Source of the DNA: Leptolyngbyales cyanobacterium | Lineage (GTDB): Bacteria; Cyanobacteriota; Cyanobacteriia; Leptolyngbyales; Leptolyngbyaceae | Direction of reading: 5' to 3' | NCBI GenBank assembly: GCA_038250345.1 | Contig: JBBSCL010000001.1 | Span: forward strand, 1-33,074 | Length of the DNA: 33,074 bases | Shown: positions 1 to 10,245 of the stretch, one piece after another | Layout of the letters: every line of letters begins with the position of its first letter | Numbering within the stretch: position 1 is the stretch's first letter | Program-made: the position numbers and the translations under genes | The notes under the pieces: generated by a model | Seen by the model: only the letters and a program-made list of their open reading frames with translations | Told to the model about the DNA's origin: nothing | Databases searched by the model: none

Positions 1-1
1 G

Positions 2-1741
2 ATTGAGACCCGTAATCTAACGTTGCAAAATCTATCCATCGTTGCATCAAGCACGCTTGGGATTGGATCTGCTGGCAATGTCACAGTCCGTGCGGCAGAT
101 ACGGTGTTAGTAGAGGGAAGTTCTTCCCTCGGATCAAATGCAATTGGGTCTTCTGTTACGACTGGCAATCTCTTAGTTGAAACCGGAACTCTCACCATCC
201 AGAAGGCTGGGGGAGTTTCCACGGCGTTGATTGGGCAGGGGCGCGGCGGAGATATCAGTGTTAAAGCCAGCAATCTGATTGTTCAGGATTCCGGCTTCAT
301 TTCAACCAGTGTTGTCGGTCAAGGTCAAGGCGGCAACTTGGCGATCGAAGTTGATAACTCTGTTAGTTTAAATAATCGCGGCGTTGTGTCTACTTCCACC
401 TTTGGGGCAGGTTCAGGCGGAAGTCTCTCAGTCTCGGCTAAAAGACTGGATGTTCTGAATCAATCTTCAATCAATACGGTGAGCTTCGATCGCATTGATA
501 ATCCAGCCAGAACGGACATTTTCGGCGATCTTCAGTTGGGTGCGATTCAATCTTCGCCTTTCCTCTCCGGCGTTTTCAACCTTGTTAACACCAGTGCTTC
601 AAACGCGGCTGCTACTGCGGTTCAGGGGAATGCAGGCGAACTCACTGTGCAAGTTGCAGACACGATCACCCTGGCAAATCGGGGATCACTGGCGACGGTT
701 GGAGCGGGGACAACCAATGGCGCAAAGCTATCCGTGCGGACTGGTGAGCTAAACCTGCTGGAGGAAGGTGGCTTGCGATCGGACATCGTTGGACAGGGGC
801 GCGGCGGAGATATTGATATCCAAGCTAATAATCTGCGATCGCAAAATGGAGTGATTTCCAGCCGAGGAGCTGAATTTGGCACAGCCGCCAACATCACGGT
901 TTCCCTCAACGGCACCTTGAACAGTAGCGGGGGGCAAATTCTGGCGAGTTCTACGCGATCGGGCGGTGGCAATATTGATATCGCGGCTGGAGATATTCGT
1001 CTACGAGATGGCAGTTTGATCAGCACCAGCGTCTTCGACAGCACGGGCGGCGGCGGCAACATCAACATCCGCTCAAATATATTTCTAGCCTTGGAAGACA
1101 GCGACATTCTGGCAAATGCTGAATTGGGCGCAGGCGGCAATATTTTGATCAATTCGCCTGTGTTTCTGGCGGCACTGTTTAGCAGCAGCAGGGCAACTCC
1201 AGTCGGGCGGAATCCCGGTAGCTTTGCTCGATTTCGGGGCAATGGACGGGTGGATATTTCGGCAGAATCGCGATCGGGCAGCAGCGGCACCGTCATCTAT
1301 CCCACGTTTGATCCCAGTCGCGGATTGGCGCAACTGCCTGTTGATCTGGTTGACCCGACTCAGCTAATTTCCCAAGCCTGCGTTCCCCGTGGAGTGCAGC
1401 GAGTCAGTTCTCTCACCGTGACCGGGCGGGGCGGAATTGCACCCAGTCCAACTGATCCATTGCAGAGTGATGAGGGGTTTGTGAAGTGGGTGGAAGTGAA
1501 GGATGAAGATCGTCAGAGAAATGGAGAGACGGGGCGAACCGGAGATAGGCAGACCGCAATCACTGCATCTACGCCCTTACCTATCACGGAGGCACAGGGC
1601 TTGATCACCGAAAAGGATGGCTCTGTCTGGTTAGTAGCAGGCACAACAACGGGAATACCGCAGCAGTGGGGTTTGCTGCCATTGAACTGTCACGGTGAGG
1701 GCGATCGCAGCCTTGACTCAAGGATGTTAAGCAACCCATAA
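2..1741 (+). CDS. Filamentous haemagglutinin-family (TpsA/S-layer-like) beta-helical exoprotein, 3' part; the gene starts left of the window
   Basis: Frame is open from base 2. Repeated GxGGxIxI beta-helix units, with the typical cyanobacterial C-terminus (SDILANA..GGNI, ISQAC, TGRGG, ITEAQG). Confidence 0.85.
   Translation: METRNLTLQNLSIVASSTLGIGSAGNVTVRAADTVLVEGSSSLGSNAIGSSVTTGNLLVETGTLTIQKAGGVSTALIGQGRGGDISVKASNLIVQDSGFISTSVVGQGQGGNLAIEVDNSVSLNNRGVVSTSTFGAGSGGSLSVSAKRLDVLNQSSINTVSFDRIDNPARTDIFGDLQLGAIQSSPFLSGVFNLVNTSASNAAATAVQGNAGELTVQVADTITLANRGSLATVGAGTTNGAKLSVRTGELNLLEEGGLRSDIVGQGRGGDIDIQANNLRSQNGVISSRGAEFGTAANITVSLNGTLNSSGGQILASSTRSGGGNIDIAAGDIRLRDGSLISTSVFDSTGGGGNINIRSNIFLALEDSDILANAELGAGGNILINSPVFLAALFSSSRATPVGRNPGSFARFRGNGRVDISAESRSGSSGTVIYPTFDPSRGLAQLPVDLVDPTQLISQACVPRGVQRVSSLTVTGRGGIAPSPTDPLQSDEGFVKWVEVKDEDRQRNGETGRTGDRQTAITASTPLPITEAQGLITEKDGSVWLVAGTTTGIPQQWGLLPLNCHGEGDRSLDSRMLSNP
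1701..1708. repeat. HIP1 octamer (one example of many in the window)
   Basis: GCGATCGC, also at 2497 and 27109 among many others. It is a cyanobacterial signature. Confidence 0.95.
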
Positions 1742-1800
1742 AAGCCCAGACTGGCTCTAAATAATCGAACAAACTGAAGATGGATCTGTAAGATAGGTAA

Positions 1801-2559
1801 ATGACAGAAGCAATCAGCATTGAGCAAAGTGTGGTAGACAAGCTGGATACGGCAACAGTGGATATCGTTGCTGAGTCAGCCATCTATCTGAGTTTGGGTG
1901 CGGGAGAGACTTCGGTCGATGCCACCTATCTGGCAGCAGAAGTCCCACGGCTCACAATGTTACCCGTGACGCAGTTGACCGATTTTTTGGAGCACCCAAG
2001 CGCTGGATGTGCAGTCTATCTTGAACTGGGGTTTCAGATTGACTTGACCTCCCTGATTTTGCCTGACACGATGGCAGATTGCCGTCGTGTTGCCGTGTTG
2101 CCGCCGGGACTTCGACACACGGAATGGCATGGGTGGGCGGATTTGGTCGTGACGGGGGCTGAGACTAACATCACGTTGCAACAACCTCACCTCTGGCGTT
2201 CGATTTTGACTGGACAGGTGCTTGATGCTGCCAGTCTCAACACCTTCTGGTATGAACTTATCAATGGAGCCTATGGCAATGTTCAACGTGCCAAAGGCAT
2301 TTTTGATGTCGCCGATGGGCGGGCACTTTATTTTGACTTTGCTAAAGGACTCACTGAAAGCGGCTACGTTGAACTGAATCTGCCCCGTTCGTTGAATGGC
2401 AGACCCGATCGCTTTAGTGGCATTGAAATCGTGGGTGAAGCACTGAATCAAGAAACAATGGCTCAAACACTGGAAGACTGTTGCTTGGATGATCAAGCGA
2501 TCGCTTACTATCACCAACAAATCAAGGACCTATTAGAAACAGGAGATGAAGCGGAATGA
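1801..2559 (+). CDS. CobW C-terminal-domain protein (atypical G3E/COG0523 relative); N-terminus possibly damaged
   Basis: FWYELINGAYGNVQRAKGIF resembles CobW_C RxKG, with LEDCCL near the end. No in-frame P-loop. Overlaps the next gene by ATGA. Confidence 0.65.
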   Translation: MTEAISIEQSVVDKLDTATVDIVAESAIYLSLGAGETSVDATYLAAEVPRLTMLPVTQLTDFLEHPSAGCAVYLELGFQIDLTSLILPDTMADCRRVAVLPPGLRHTEWHGWADLVVTGAETNITLQQPHLWRSILTGQVLDAASLNTFWYELINGAYGNVQRAKGIFDVADGRALYFDFAKGLTESGYVELNLPRSLNGRPDRFSGIEIVGEALNQETMAQTLEDCCLDDQAIAYYHQQIKDLLETGDEAE

Positions 2560-3368
2560 AAATTGCGGTCATGTCTTGCATTCACGGAAATTACGAAGCC
2601 TTGAATGCGGTGCTATCTGACATCGACAATCAAAATGCAGACAAGGTTTATTGTCTTGGTGATTTAGTGGGCTATGGACCTCATCCCAACGCTGTAGTGG
2701 AAATGATTCGTGCGCTGGATATTCCCACCTGTCAAGGATGTTGGGATGAAGACATTGTAGAAGGATTGAATTCGTGTGAATGTAGTTATCCCTCAGTGCT
2801 GGCAGAAAAGCGTGGCAAGCTAGCCCATGAATGGACAAATCAAGTCATTCATCCAGAAGTCCGAGAGTTTTTGGCGCACTTACCGCTGAGTTTGCGCGAT
2901 GACAATCTGTGTTTTGTGCATGGCAGCCCCCATAATCAGCACGAATATCTGCTGCCAGAAGTGGATGCATTTGTGGCGATGGAACGAGTGTTATCTACAG
3001 GTGCTGATATTTTGTTTTGTGGTCATACTCATGTGCCTTATGTGCGATCGCTCGATGCGGGTCAACTCCAGATTCGTGTCAAATCGACGGACAAATCTGA
3101 AAGTGATATGAGTTTTTCTGCACCCCTAAAACGAATTGTGAATGCTGGATCAGTGGGTGAACCGCGTCATGGCAGACCGAATGCAACTTATGTTATCTAC
3201 AACACTGAGACAGATCAAATCACGCTGCGCGAAGTGGAATACGACTATCAAAAAACCTGTGCTGCCATCATTGAAAATGGTTTGCCTCCGATCTTCGCAT
3301 GGCGTTTAGCTAGGGGACTGGAGTTTGCCGAACGCGCCGATGATCCAACCCATGTATGTGAACGATAG
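2556..3368 (+). CDS. Metallophosphoesterase (calcineurin-like, YfcE-type) with Cys-substituted motifs
   Basis: Motifs SCIHGN, LGDLVGYGP, QGCWD, VHGSP, CGHTHVP and NAGSVGEPR. Confidence 0.9.
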   Translation: MKIAVMSCIHGNYEALNAVLSDIDNQNADKVYCLGDLVGYGPHPNAVVEMIRALDIPTCQGCWDEDIVEGLNSCECSYPSVLAEKRGKLAHEWTNQVIHPEVREFLAHLPLSLRDDNLCFVHGSPHNQHEYLLPEVDAFVAMERVLSTGADILFCGHTHVPYVRSLDAGQLQIRVKSTDKSESDMSFSAPLKRIVNAGSVGEPRHGRPNATYVIYNTETDQITLREVEYDYQKTCAAIIENGLPPIFAWRLARGLEFAERADDPTHVCER

Positions 3369-3370
3369 CC

Positions 3371-4075
3371 ATAACTAACGGTAATTCGTTCGATTTCGAT
3401 AAAAATTCCGCTTTGCCAACGACTGATTACGACATCGCAGTTCGTCAGAGTATTCCGGGTTATGATGCCCTACTCATGATGCTGACGGCTTTGTGCCAAA
3501 TCTACTTGACTGATAATGCGCATATTCTCGTCGTTGGAGCGGGTGGTGGCAACGAAATTAATGTATTGGGACAAGCCCAGTCAACCTGGCGCTTTACGGG
3601 TGTTGATCCATCTGAAAAAATGCTGGCAGTGGCTCAAGCAAAAATTGAATCACTCGGATTAGAAGAGCGCGTCACTCTTCACAACGGAGTCATACAAGAA
3701 CTTCCGTTACATCCGTTTAACGCCGCTACTAGCTTATTAGTCATGCATTTTCTACCAGATGATGGTGCCAAGTTGGACTATTTAAAGGCGATCGCGACTC
3801 GTCTCCAACCGGGTAGCCCGTTTGTGTTGGTAGATTTTCAAGGAGATAAACAATCTGAGGTGTTTAAGCGCTTAGTTGATGGGTGGCAGAAACGAGCGCA
3901 ATTAGCAGGAATGGAATCACAACGTCTCACTGAACTGGTCGAGACGATGTGGCAGCATCTCCAATTCATCTCAGAAGAGCGAACGCTGGAATTACTGAAC
4001 CAAGCTGGTTTTAGAAGACTAACTCGTTTCTATACTGCGTTTGTTTTCACAGGCTGGTTGGCATTTTCAGAGTAG
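3371..4075 (+). CDS. Class I SAM-dependent methyltransferase (CmoA-like); start uncertain (ATA at 3371 or TTG at 3413)
   Basis: ILVVGAGGG motif I, GVDPSEKML and LLVMHFL. The frame is open from ATA 3371 (ITNGNSFDFDKN...). Confidence 0.85.
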   Translation: MTNGNSFDFDKNSALPTTDYDIAVRQSIPGYDALLMMLTALCQIYLTDNAHILVVGAGGGNEINVLGQAQSTWRFTGVDPSEKMLAVAQAKIESLGLEERVTLHNGVIQELPLHPFNAATSLLVMHFLPDDGAKLDYLKAIATRLQPGSPFVLVDFQGDKQSEVFKRLVDGWQKRAQLAGMESQRLTELVETMWQHLQFISEERTLELLNQAGFRRLTRFYTAFVFTGWLAFSE

Positions 4076-4114
4076 TTGCGGTTATCTAAAATCACGAAAA
4101 TTTGTAGTACAAAA

Positions 4115-4855
4115 ATGATCTGGGCAGTTTTGAGCGGAATTGAAGGCAATTTAGCCGCGTATGAAGCGGTGTTAGCAGACATCAAACGTCAGCGGCAACT
4201 TGTAGAAGAACTCTATATTTTGGGTGATGTGATTGCACCCATCTCGGAAAGTGAAAAGGTGATTCAGCGAGTGCGATCGCCTCAACCATATGAACCTAAG
4301 CCACAAGTTTGTCAAGGTTGGTGGGAAGAACAGTTGCTGATTTTGCATGGATTGGGACGAACGGGAGAACCGACCGAACTCATCGAACGCTATGGCATGA
4401 CAATGGTGAAAACCTTGTGGGATGCGATTTCACGCGAGATGGTTGAGTGGGTGCGATCGCTCGACTTCGGTTTATTTGAACTCGATTGCCTGTTGATTCA
4501 TGGAAGTAGTGTCAGCGTTAGTGATGAGTTAACGCCAGATACGCCCCCGATTCAAATGCTCGATCGCCTCGTGCGAATGGATGCAAACACACTTTTTTGT
4601 GGTCGTTCGGGTTTGACGTTTCAATACGAAATTCAGCAGGGCGCGGTTACATCCAGTGTCACCACCTTAGATCAGGTAGCCCCACCACAAGCGATCGCGG
4701 CTAAACCGCGACAGGTGATTGGCGTGGGTAATGTGGGGCGGATTCCTGGACAGGCAACTTATACGCTCTACAACCCTAACTCCAATCAGGTCGAATTTAG
4801 AACCGTGCGGTATGGCTCAGGAAAGGGCTTTCAGCACACTAGCCAAAATAAGTAA
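4115..4855 (+). CDS. Degenerate metallophosphoesterase-fold protein
   Basis: Collinear with 2556-3368, but metal motifs are altered: SGIEGN, LGDVI, QGWWE, IHGSS, CGRSG, GVGNVG. ATG at 4115 preferred over TTG 4076. Confidence 0.8.
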   Translation: MIWAVLSGIEGNLAAYEAVLADIKRQRQLVEELYILGDVIAPISESEKVIQRVRSPQPYEPKPQVCQGWWEEQLLILHGLGRTGEPTELIERYGMTMVKTLWDAISREMVEWVRSLDFGLFELDCLLIHGSSVSVSDELTPDTPPIQMLDRLVRMDANTLFCGRSGLTFQYEIQQGAVTSSVTTLDQVAPPQAIAAKPRQVIGVGNVGRIPGQATYTLYNPNSNQVEFRTVRYGSGKGFQHTSQNK

Positions 4856-4858
4856 GGT

Positions 4859-5281
4859 TCACTTCGGCTGATGCGTACAGGGTTCGCACAATCCGAAAAA
4901 CTCTAGGGTATGATAGTAAATTTTGAACGGAACTGAGGGGTGCAAGTGCGCTTCTAAATCACGGACAGGGCACTGCTCCAATGGAAAAGATTGACCACAC
5001 TGCAAACAGGTTAAATAATGCTGATCTTGCTCGATCGGGCTGTAGAGCAATTCTCCATTAGCACTGGCTCGACTCTGAACTAACCCGTGTAGCTTTAAGG
5101 CTTCCAACGCGCGATACACCGTTGCTAACCCGATCGCCTGATGCTCCCGCACCACACCACACAACTCTTGAGCCGAGAGGGGGTAGGGTTGCTGGTTCAG
5201 GGCATCTAGCACTGCTTGCTGGTTGCGGGGCAGACGATGATGCTGAGAGTTGCTGTTCGGAGAAAGTGAATTACTTTTCAC
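4859..5281 (-). CDS. zur: Fur-family zinc uptake regulator Zur
   Basis: LATVYRAL helix, DQHYLTCLQCG, EQCPV and YHTLEFFGLCEPC, as in cyanobacterial Zur. Confidence 0.88.
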   Translation of the reverse strand: MKSNSLSPNSNSQHHRLPRNQQAVLDALNQQPYPLSAQELCGVVREHQAIGLATVYRALEALKLHGLVQSRASANGELLYSPIEQDQHYLTCLQCGQSFPLEQCPVRDLEAHLHPSVPFKIYYHTLEFFGLCEPCTHQPK

Positions 5282-5306
5282 ATCGTATTACTATAAAATA
5301 GGCGAA

Positions 5307-6377
<1,071 letters not shown>

Positions 6378-6400
6378 CGGAGGTGTGATAAACCGCCAGA

Positions 6401-7279
6401 TTAATTTCGCCGCAGTTGTTTGACTAAGCGCTGTGCAGAGGGATTGGCTGCCTTGGGTCGCGTCAAAATCCCTTGAGAAGGACTAAACAGTAGTGCAACT
6501 AAAAACAACAGACAAACGAGCAAGACGATCGCTGCTCCTGATGGAATATTCCAGTAGTAGCTCACATACATGCCGCTGACGCTGGAAACTACACCGAACA
6601 CTGCGCCCAAAAGCATCATCCGATAGAGTTCTTTGACCAACAAATAAGCCGTGATAGCAGGTCCAATCAGCAGCGCCACCACCAACACTACACCAACGGC
6701 TTGCATACTGGCGATGATGGTTAAGGTGATTGCCGCATTTAACCCAATTTGAATCCAGGTGACGGGCAATCCCATTGCCTGCGCTGCTAGCGGATCAAAC
6801 GTGTAGAACAGGAGTTCACGATAAAAGATAAACACGGCAAACAACACCACGATCGCGATCGCCAATGTCCTCACCACATCTGCACCCGTGACTGATAAGA
6901 TATCGCCGAACAGAAAGCTATGCAGATCAAGCTTACTTTTGAGAATGGTGATTAAGGCAATGCCCAACGCCAGAAACCCGGAAAAGACCAGCGCCATGGC
7001 GACATCGACCTTAATCCGCGATTGTGTTTGAATCCAGGCGATAACAAAGGTGCTAATGGTTCCAGAAATAAACGCTCCTATAAAGATATCAACTCCCAAG
7101 AAAAAGGCGATCGCCAATCCCGGCAGCACCGCATGAGCAATCACATCACCCAGCAATCCCATATGCTGCACAATCAAGTAACAGCCCACCACGGCACAGA
7201 GAACGCCCATCGTCACCGCAATGGCGATCGCATTTCGCATAAACTCGAAGCCTAACGGTTCCAATAATCCATTTAGCAT
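6401..7279 (-). CDS. znuB: Zn/Mn ABC transporter permease (ZnuB-like)
   Basis: GDVIAHAVLPG, LFGDIL and multiple TM segments. Overlaps the ATPase gene. Confidence 0.9.
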   Translation of the reverse strand: MLNGLLEPLGFEFMRNAIAIAVTMGVLCAVVGCYLIVQHMGLLGDVIAHAVLPGLAIAFFLGVDIFIGAFISGTISTFVIAWIQTQSRIKVDVAMALVFSGFLALGIALITILKSKLDLHSFLFGDILSVTGADVVRTLAIAIVVLFAVFIFYRELLFYTFDPLAAQAMGLPVTWIQIGLNAAITLTIIASMQAVGVVLVVALLIGPAITAYLLVKELYRMMLLGAVFGVVSSVSGMYVSYYWNIPSGAAIVLLVCLLFLVALLFSPSQGILTRPKAANPSAQRLVKQLRRN

Positions 7280-8010
7280 CGCTCTTCCTCGCTGCGTTCT
7301 AAGAGAATCACGTTCTCGCCATAGGCTTCTCGCAGATTTGCCGCTGTGATGACTTCATCCCGCGACCCTTCGGCAATCAATTGCTTGTTCAGCAGCAAAA
7401 AGTGGTCATACACCCGCGTCGTAGTTCCCAAATCGTGACTAATCACCAACAGCGTCTTGCCCGCAGACTTAAGTTCGCCAAACACTTCAAAAATCACGGC
7501 TTCAGTTTTCTTGTCTACGCCGACAAACGGCTCATCGAAGAAAAATAGCTCCGCCTGCTGTGCCAGTGCCCGTGCTAGAAACACCCGCTGCTGTTGCCCA
7601 CCTGATAGTTCACCAATCTGGCGATCGCGCAGTTCCCATATCCCCACCCGCTGCAATGCGGCTTGTACCAACTCTTTCGACTGCCGACTGGGGAATCGCG
7701 ACCAGCCCAAGTGCAGCGTCCGCGCCATCATCACCACATTCCAGACGGTGACAGGATAGTCCCAGTCAATTTGCGATCGCTGGGGCACATAGGCAACGGT
7801 GCCCAACTGGTGCTTCAGCGGACGCGAGTTAAACGTTACTACCCCATGCTCAGCCGGAACCAAGCCCAGAATCGCTTTGATCAGGGTACTTTTACCCGCC
7901 CCATTGGGACCAATAATCCCAATCAGTTGCCCAGATTCCAGAGAGAAACTGACATCCTCGACAGCACTGATTCCCCGGTAGTTGACAGCCAACTCACGAA
8001 CCTCTAGCAT
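7273..8010 (-). CDS. znuC: Zn/Mn ABC transporter ATPase (ZnuC-like)
   Basis: GPNGAGKST, YVPQ, LSGGQQQR, FFFDEP and SHDL. Confidence 0.92.
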   Translation of the reverse strand: MLEVRELAVNYRGISAVEDVSFSLESGQLIGIIGPNGAGKSTLIKAILGLVPAEHGVVTFNSRPLKHQLGTVAYVPQRSQIDWDYPVTVWNVVMMARTLHLGWSRFPSRQSKELVQAALQRVGIWELRDRQIGELSGGQQQRVFLARALAQQAELFFFDEPFVGVDKKTEAVIFEVFGELKSAGKTLLVISHDLGTTTRVYDHFLLLNKQLIAEGSRDEVITAANLREAYGENVILLERSEEERC

Positions 8011-8020
8011 AACGAAAAAA

Positions 8021-8035
8021 TGAAAATGATTCTCA
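8021..8035. promoter_or_regulatory. Zur box (znuC / znuA divergent promoter)
   Basis: TGAAAATGATTCTCA within AATGAAAATGATTCTCATT. Confidence 0.85.
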
Positions 8036-8082
8036 TTATTGTAGTACCCTTAGAACAGTAATCCTACCAAGAGTGTTTCGGA

Positions 8083-9153
8083 ATGACGAGTTTTAGTACG
8101 GCTTTGCATGGTTCCTGGAAGCGAGTGGCGACCCTAACCTTAGTCGCTGGCTTGGCGGGCTGTGGCTCTGCACCTCAATCAACAGCACCCAGTCCAGCGG
8201 CAACCTCCAGCCCGACCGATGCCGCTGATGAGAAGCCATTGGTGGTCGTCACCAACACAGTTCTGTGCGACCTGACGAAACAAATTGCTGCCCAAACCAT
8301 TGACCTGAAATGTCTGGTCGCGCCCGGTGCCGATCCTCACGTCTATGAACCCACTCCAGATGATAAAAAGGCGATCGAAACCGCAAACCTTGTCCTCTAT
8401 GGCGGCTTCAACTTTGAACCCACGTTGGTTAAGTTGATTCAAGCCACGTCTAACTCGGCTCCCAAGGTGGCAGTTCACGAAGTGGCGGTGTCCAAACCAC
8501 TCACCTTTGAAGAAGATGGCAAAACTGAAACAGACCCTCACGTTTGGCACAATGCTCAGAACGGTATCGCGATCGCCAAAGTGATTAGTGAGAATTTGAG
8601 CAAATTAGAGCCAGCTAATGCGCAACTCTACGCTGCGAATACCCAGAAGATTACAGCGGAAGTTGGGCAGATTGATACCTGGGTCAAGTCTCAAATTGCT
8701 ACTATTCCCATAGTATCTCGCAAGCTAGTCACAACCCATGATGCGTTGGGCTATTACTCAGAAGCCTATAGTATTCCAGTGCTGGGAGCATTGCAGGGCA
8801 TTAGCACGGAGGAAGCCCCAACTCCGACACGAGTGAAAGAATTGGTAGAGGAAATCAAAGCGGCGAATGTACCAACGATTTTTGCCGAACTTAGTTCTAA
8901 CCCCAAATTGATTGCAGCGGTTGCCAAAGAAGCCAACGTCAAACTTTCAGAGCAAGAACTGTATGCCGATGGACTGGGGGAGCCGGGGTCATCGGGTGAG
9001 ACCTATCAGAAGATGCTGCTTGCGAACACGGAGGCGATCGCCAAAGGGCTAAAAGGTCAGTTTGTGCCGTTTCAGCCCAAAACCTCTCGCTTGATCAATC
9101 CAACTCCGCCTCAAGCCACGATCAAAGTTAAATCGATTCATCAGGCTGCTTAA
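8083..9153 (+). CDS. znuA: Cluster A-I metal-binding lipoprotein (ZnuA/TroA-like)
   Basis: Lipobox LAGC. Ligand motifs DPHVYEP, DPHVWH, THDALGY and YADGL (His3-Asp). Confidence 0.9.
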   Translation: MTSFSTALHGSWKRVATLTLVAGLAGCGSAPQSTAPSPAATSSPTDAADEKPLVVVTNTVLCDLTKQIAAQTIDLKCLVAPGADPHVYEPTPDDKKAIETANLVLYGGFNFEPTLVKLIQATSNSAPKVAVHEVAVSKPLTFEEDGKTETDPHVWHNAQNGIAIAKVISENLSKLEPANAQLYAANTQKITAEVGQIDTWVKSQIATIPIVSRKLVTTHDALGYYSEAYSIPVLGALQGISTEEAPTPTRVKELVEEIKAANVPTIFAELSSNPKLIAAVAKEANVKLSEQELYADGLGEPGSSGETYQKMLLANTEAIAKGLKGQFVPFQPKTSRLINPTPPQATIKVKSIHQAA

Positions 9154-9169
9154 CGGGTTTGATTCCAGT

Positions 9170-9207
9170 GAAAGACTGCCCATCCCGATCGCAACTGGGC
9201 AACTTTC
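9170..9207. terminator. Imperfect hairpin between the convergent znuA genes
   Basis: GAAAGACTGCCCA-N13-TGGGCAACTTTC inverted repeat. Confidence 0.4.
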
Positions 9208-10191
9208 ATTGCAGGGGCGTGTACTTTCCACCTAAGCCTTCGACGATCGCCCTGGTATTGGCAATCAACATTTTGGGATAGGTGCTGGCTTCGCTGCCTG
9301 CTGTGCCAATGCCGTCAGCGTAAAGCTTGCGTGGGCTGACCTTCACCTTTGCTTCTTTTGCCACAGTCGTGATCAACTTCGGATTCACACTTGCCTCAGC
9401 AAAAATGGTGGACACTCCCAATGTTTTGATTTCTCTCACCAAGGTTGCAACCCGAAACGCTGTTGGTCGTTCCTCTGTGCTAATGCCTTGCAGCGTCGGC
9501 GCTAATCCTAAATTATAAGTGCGCGCGCGTAGTATTCAAAGGCATCATGGGTACTGATAATCCAACGCTGTTTGAAGGGAATAGTTTGAATCTGCGATCG
9601 AATCCAGGTATGAATTTGGGTCAGTTCATTAGTGAGTTTTTTGGCGTTGGCTTGATAGCGACTGGCTTGAGTCGGTTGTAGCTTTGTTAACTGTTGACTG
9701 ACGACTTGCACTAACTTTGCACCATTCTCAGCACTGTGAAATACGTGAGGATCTGGGGTTCCGCCACTATGACTATGTCCGCCATCGCCGTGGCTATGGG
9801 AATGTCCACCCATAATTGGGTTGGGTACTGCTACCTCGTAAACTGCTACCTTTGGTGATCGATTGGATGTGGACTGAATCAGCTTAATGAGGTCAGGTTC
9901 AAAATCGTAACCGCCATAAAGAATCAGTGCTGCGGTTTCAATCGCTTTGCGATCGCCCGGTTTAGGGGCGTAGGTGTGCGGGTCATTACCAGGGTTGAGT
10001 AAGCATTTGAGCGCGATCGTGTTTTGAGCAATGCGTTGGGTGATGTCACACAGAATACTGGTCGTGGCAACAACCGTTGGCTTGCTCTGTGCCTCTGTTT
10101 GAGGAGCCAGATAGCTGAACCATCCTGCGGTTAGCAATGGAGCGGCAATATACCAAATGCGATGTGGTTTTCTAAACCAGCGATTGAGCAT
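9206..10191 (-). pseudogene. Second ZnuA-like binding protein with His-rich loop, frameshifted at the (GC)4 tract 9521-9528
   Basis: DPHTYAP, GGHSHSHGDGGHSHSGG, DPHVFH and THDAFEYY. Removing one GC restores ARTYNLGLAPTLQGISTEERP...VREIK, joining ORF 9206-9442. Confidence 0.88.
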
Positions 10192-10218
10192 GACAAGATT
10201 CCTCAGATTAGGATAATA

Positions 10219-10233
10219 TGAGAATGATTATCA
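10219..10233. promoter_or_regulatory. Zur box (znuA2 / thrS divergent promoter)
   Basis: TGAGAATGATTATCA, 12 bp before the thrS ATG. Confidence 0.9.
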
Positions 10234-10245
10234 TTATATTGATTT

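Noticed and set aside
622-1296. Long antisense ORF (also 1960-2520 and other shadow ORFs)
   Set aside because: They lie opposite well-supported genes and show no recognisable motifs.
3401-3410. AAAAATTCCG matching the AraC operator core
   Set aside because: Single copy, probably within coding sequence, with no second half-site.
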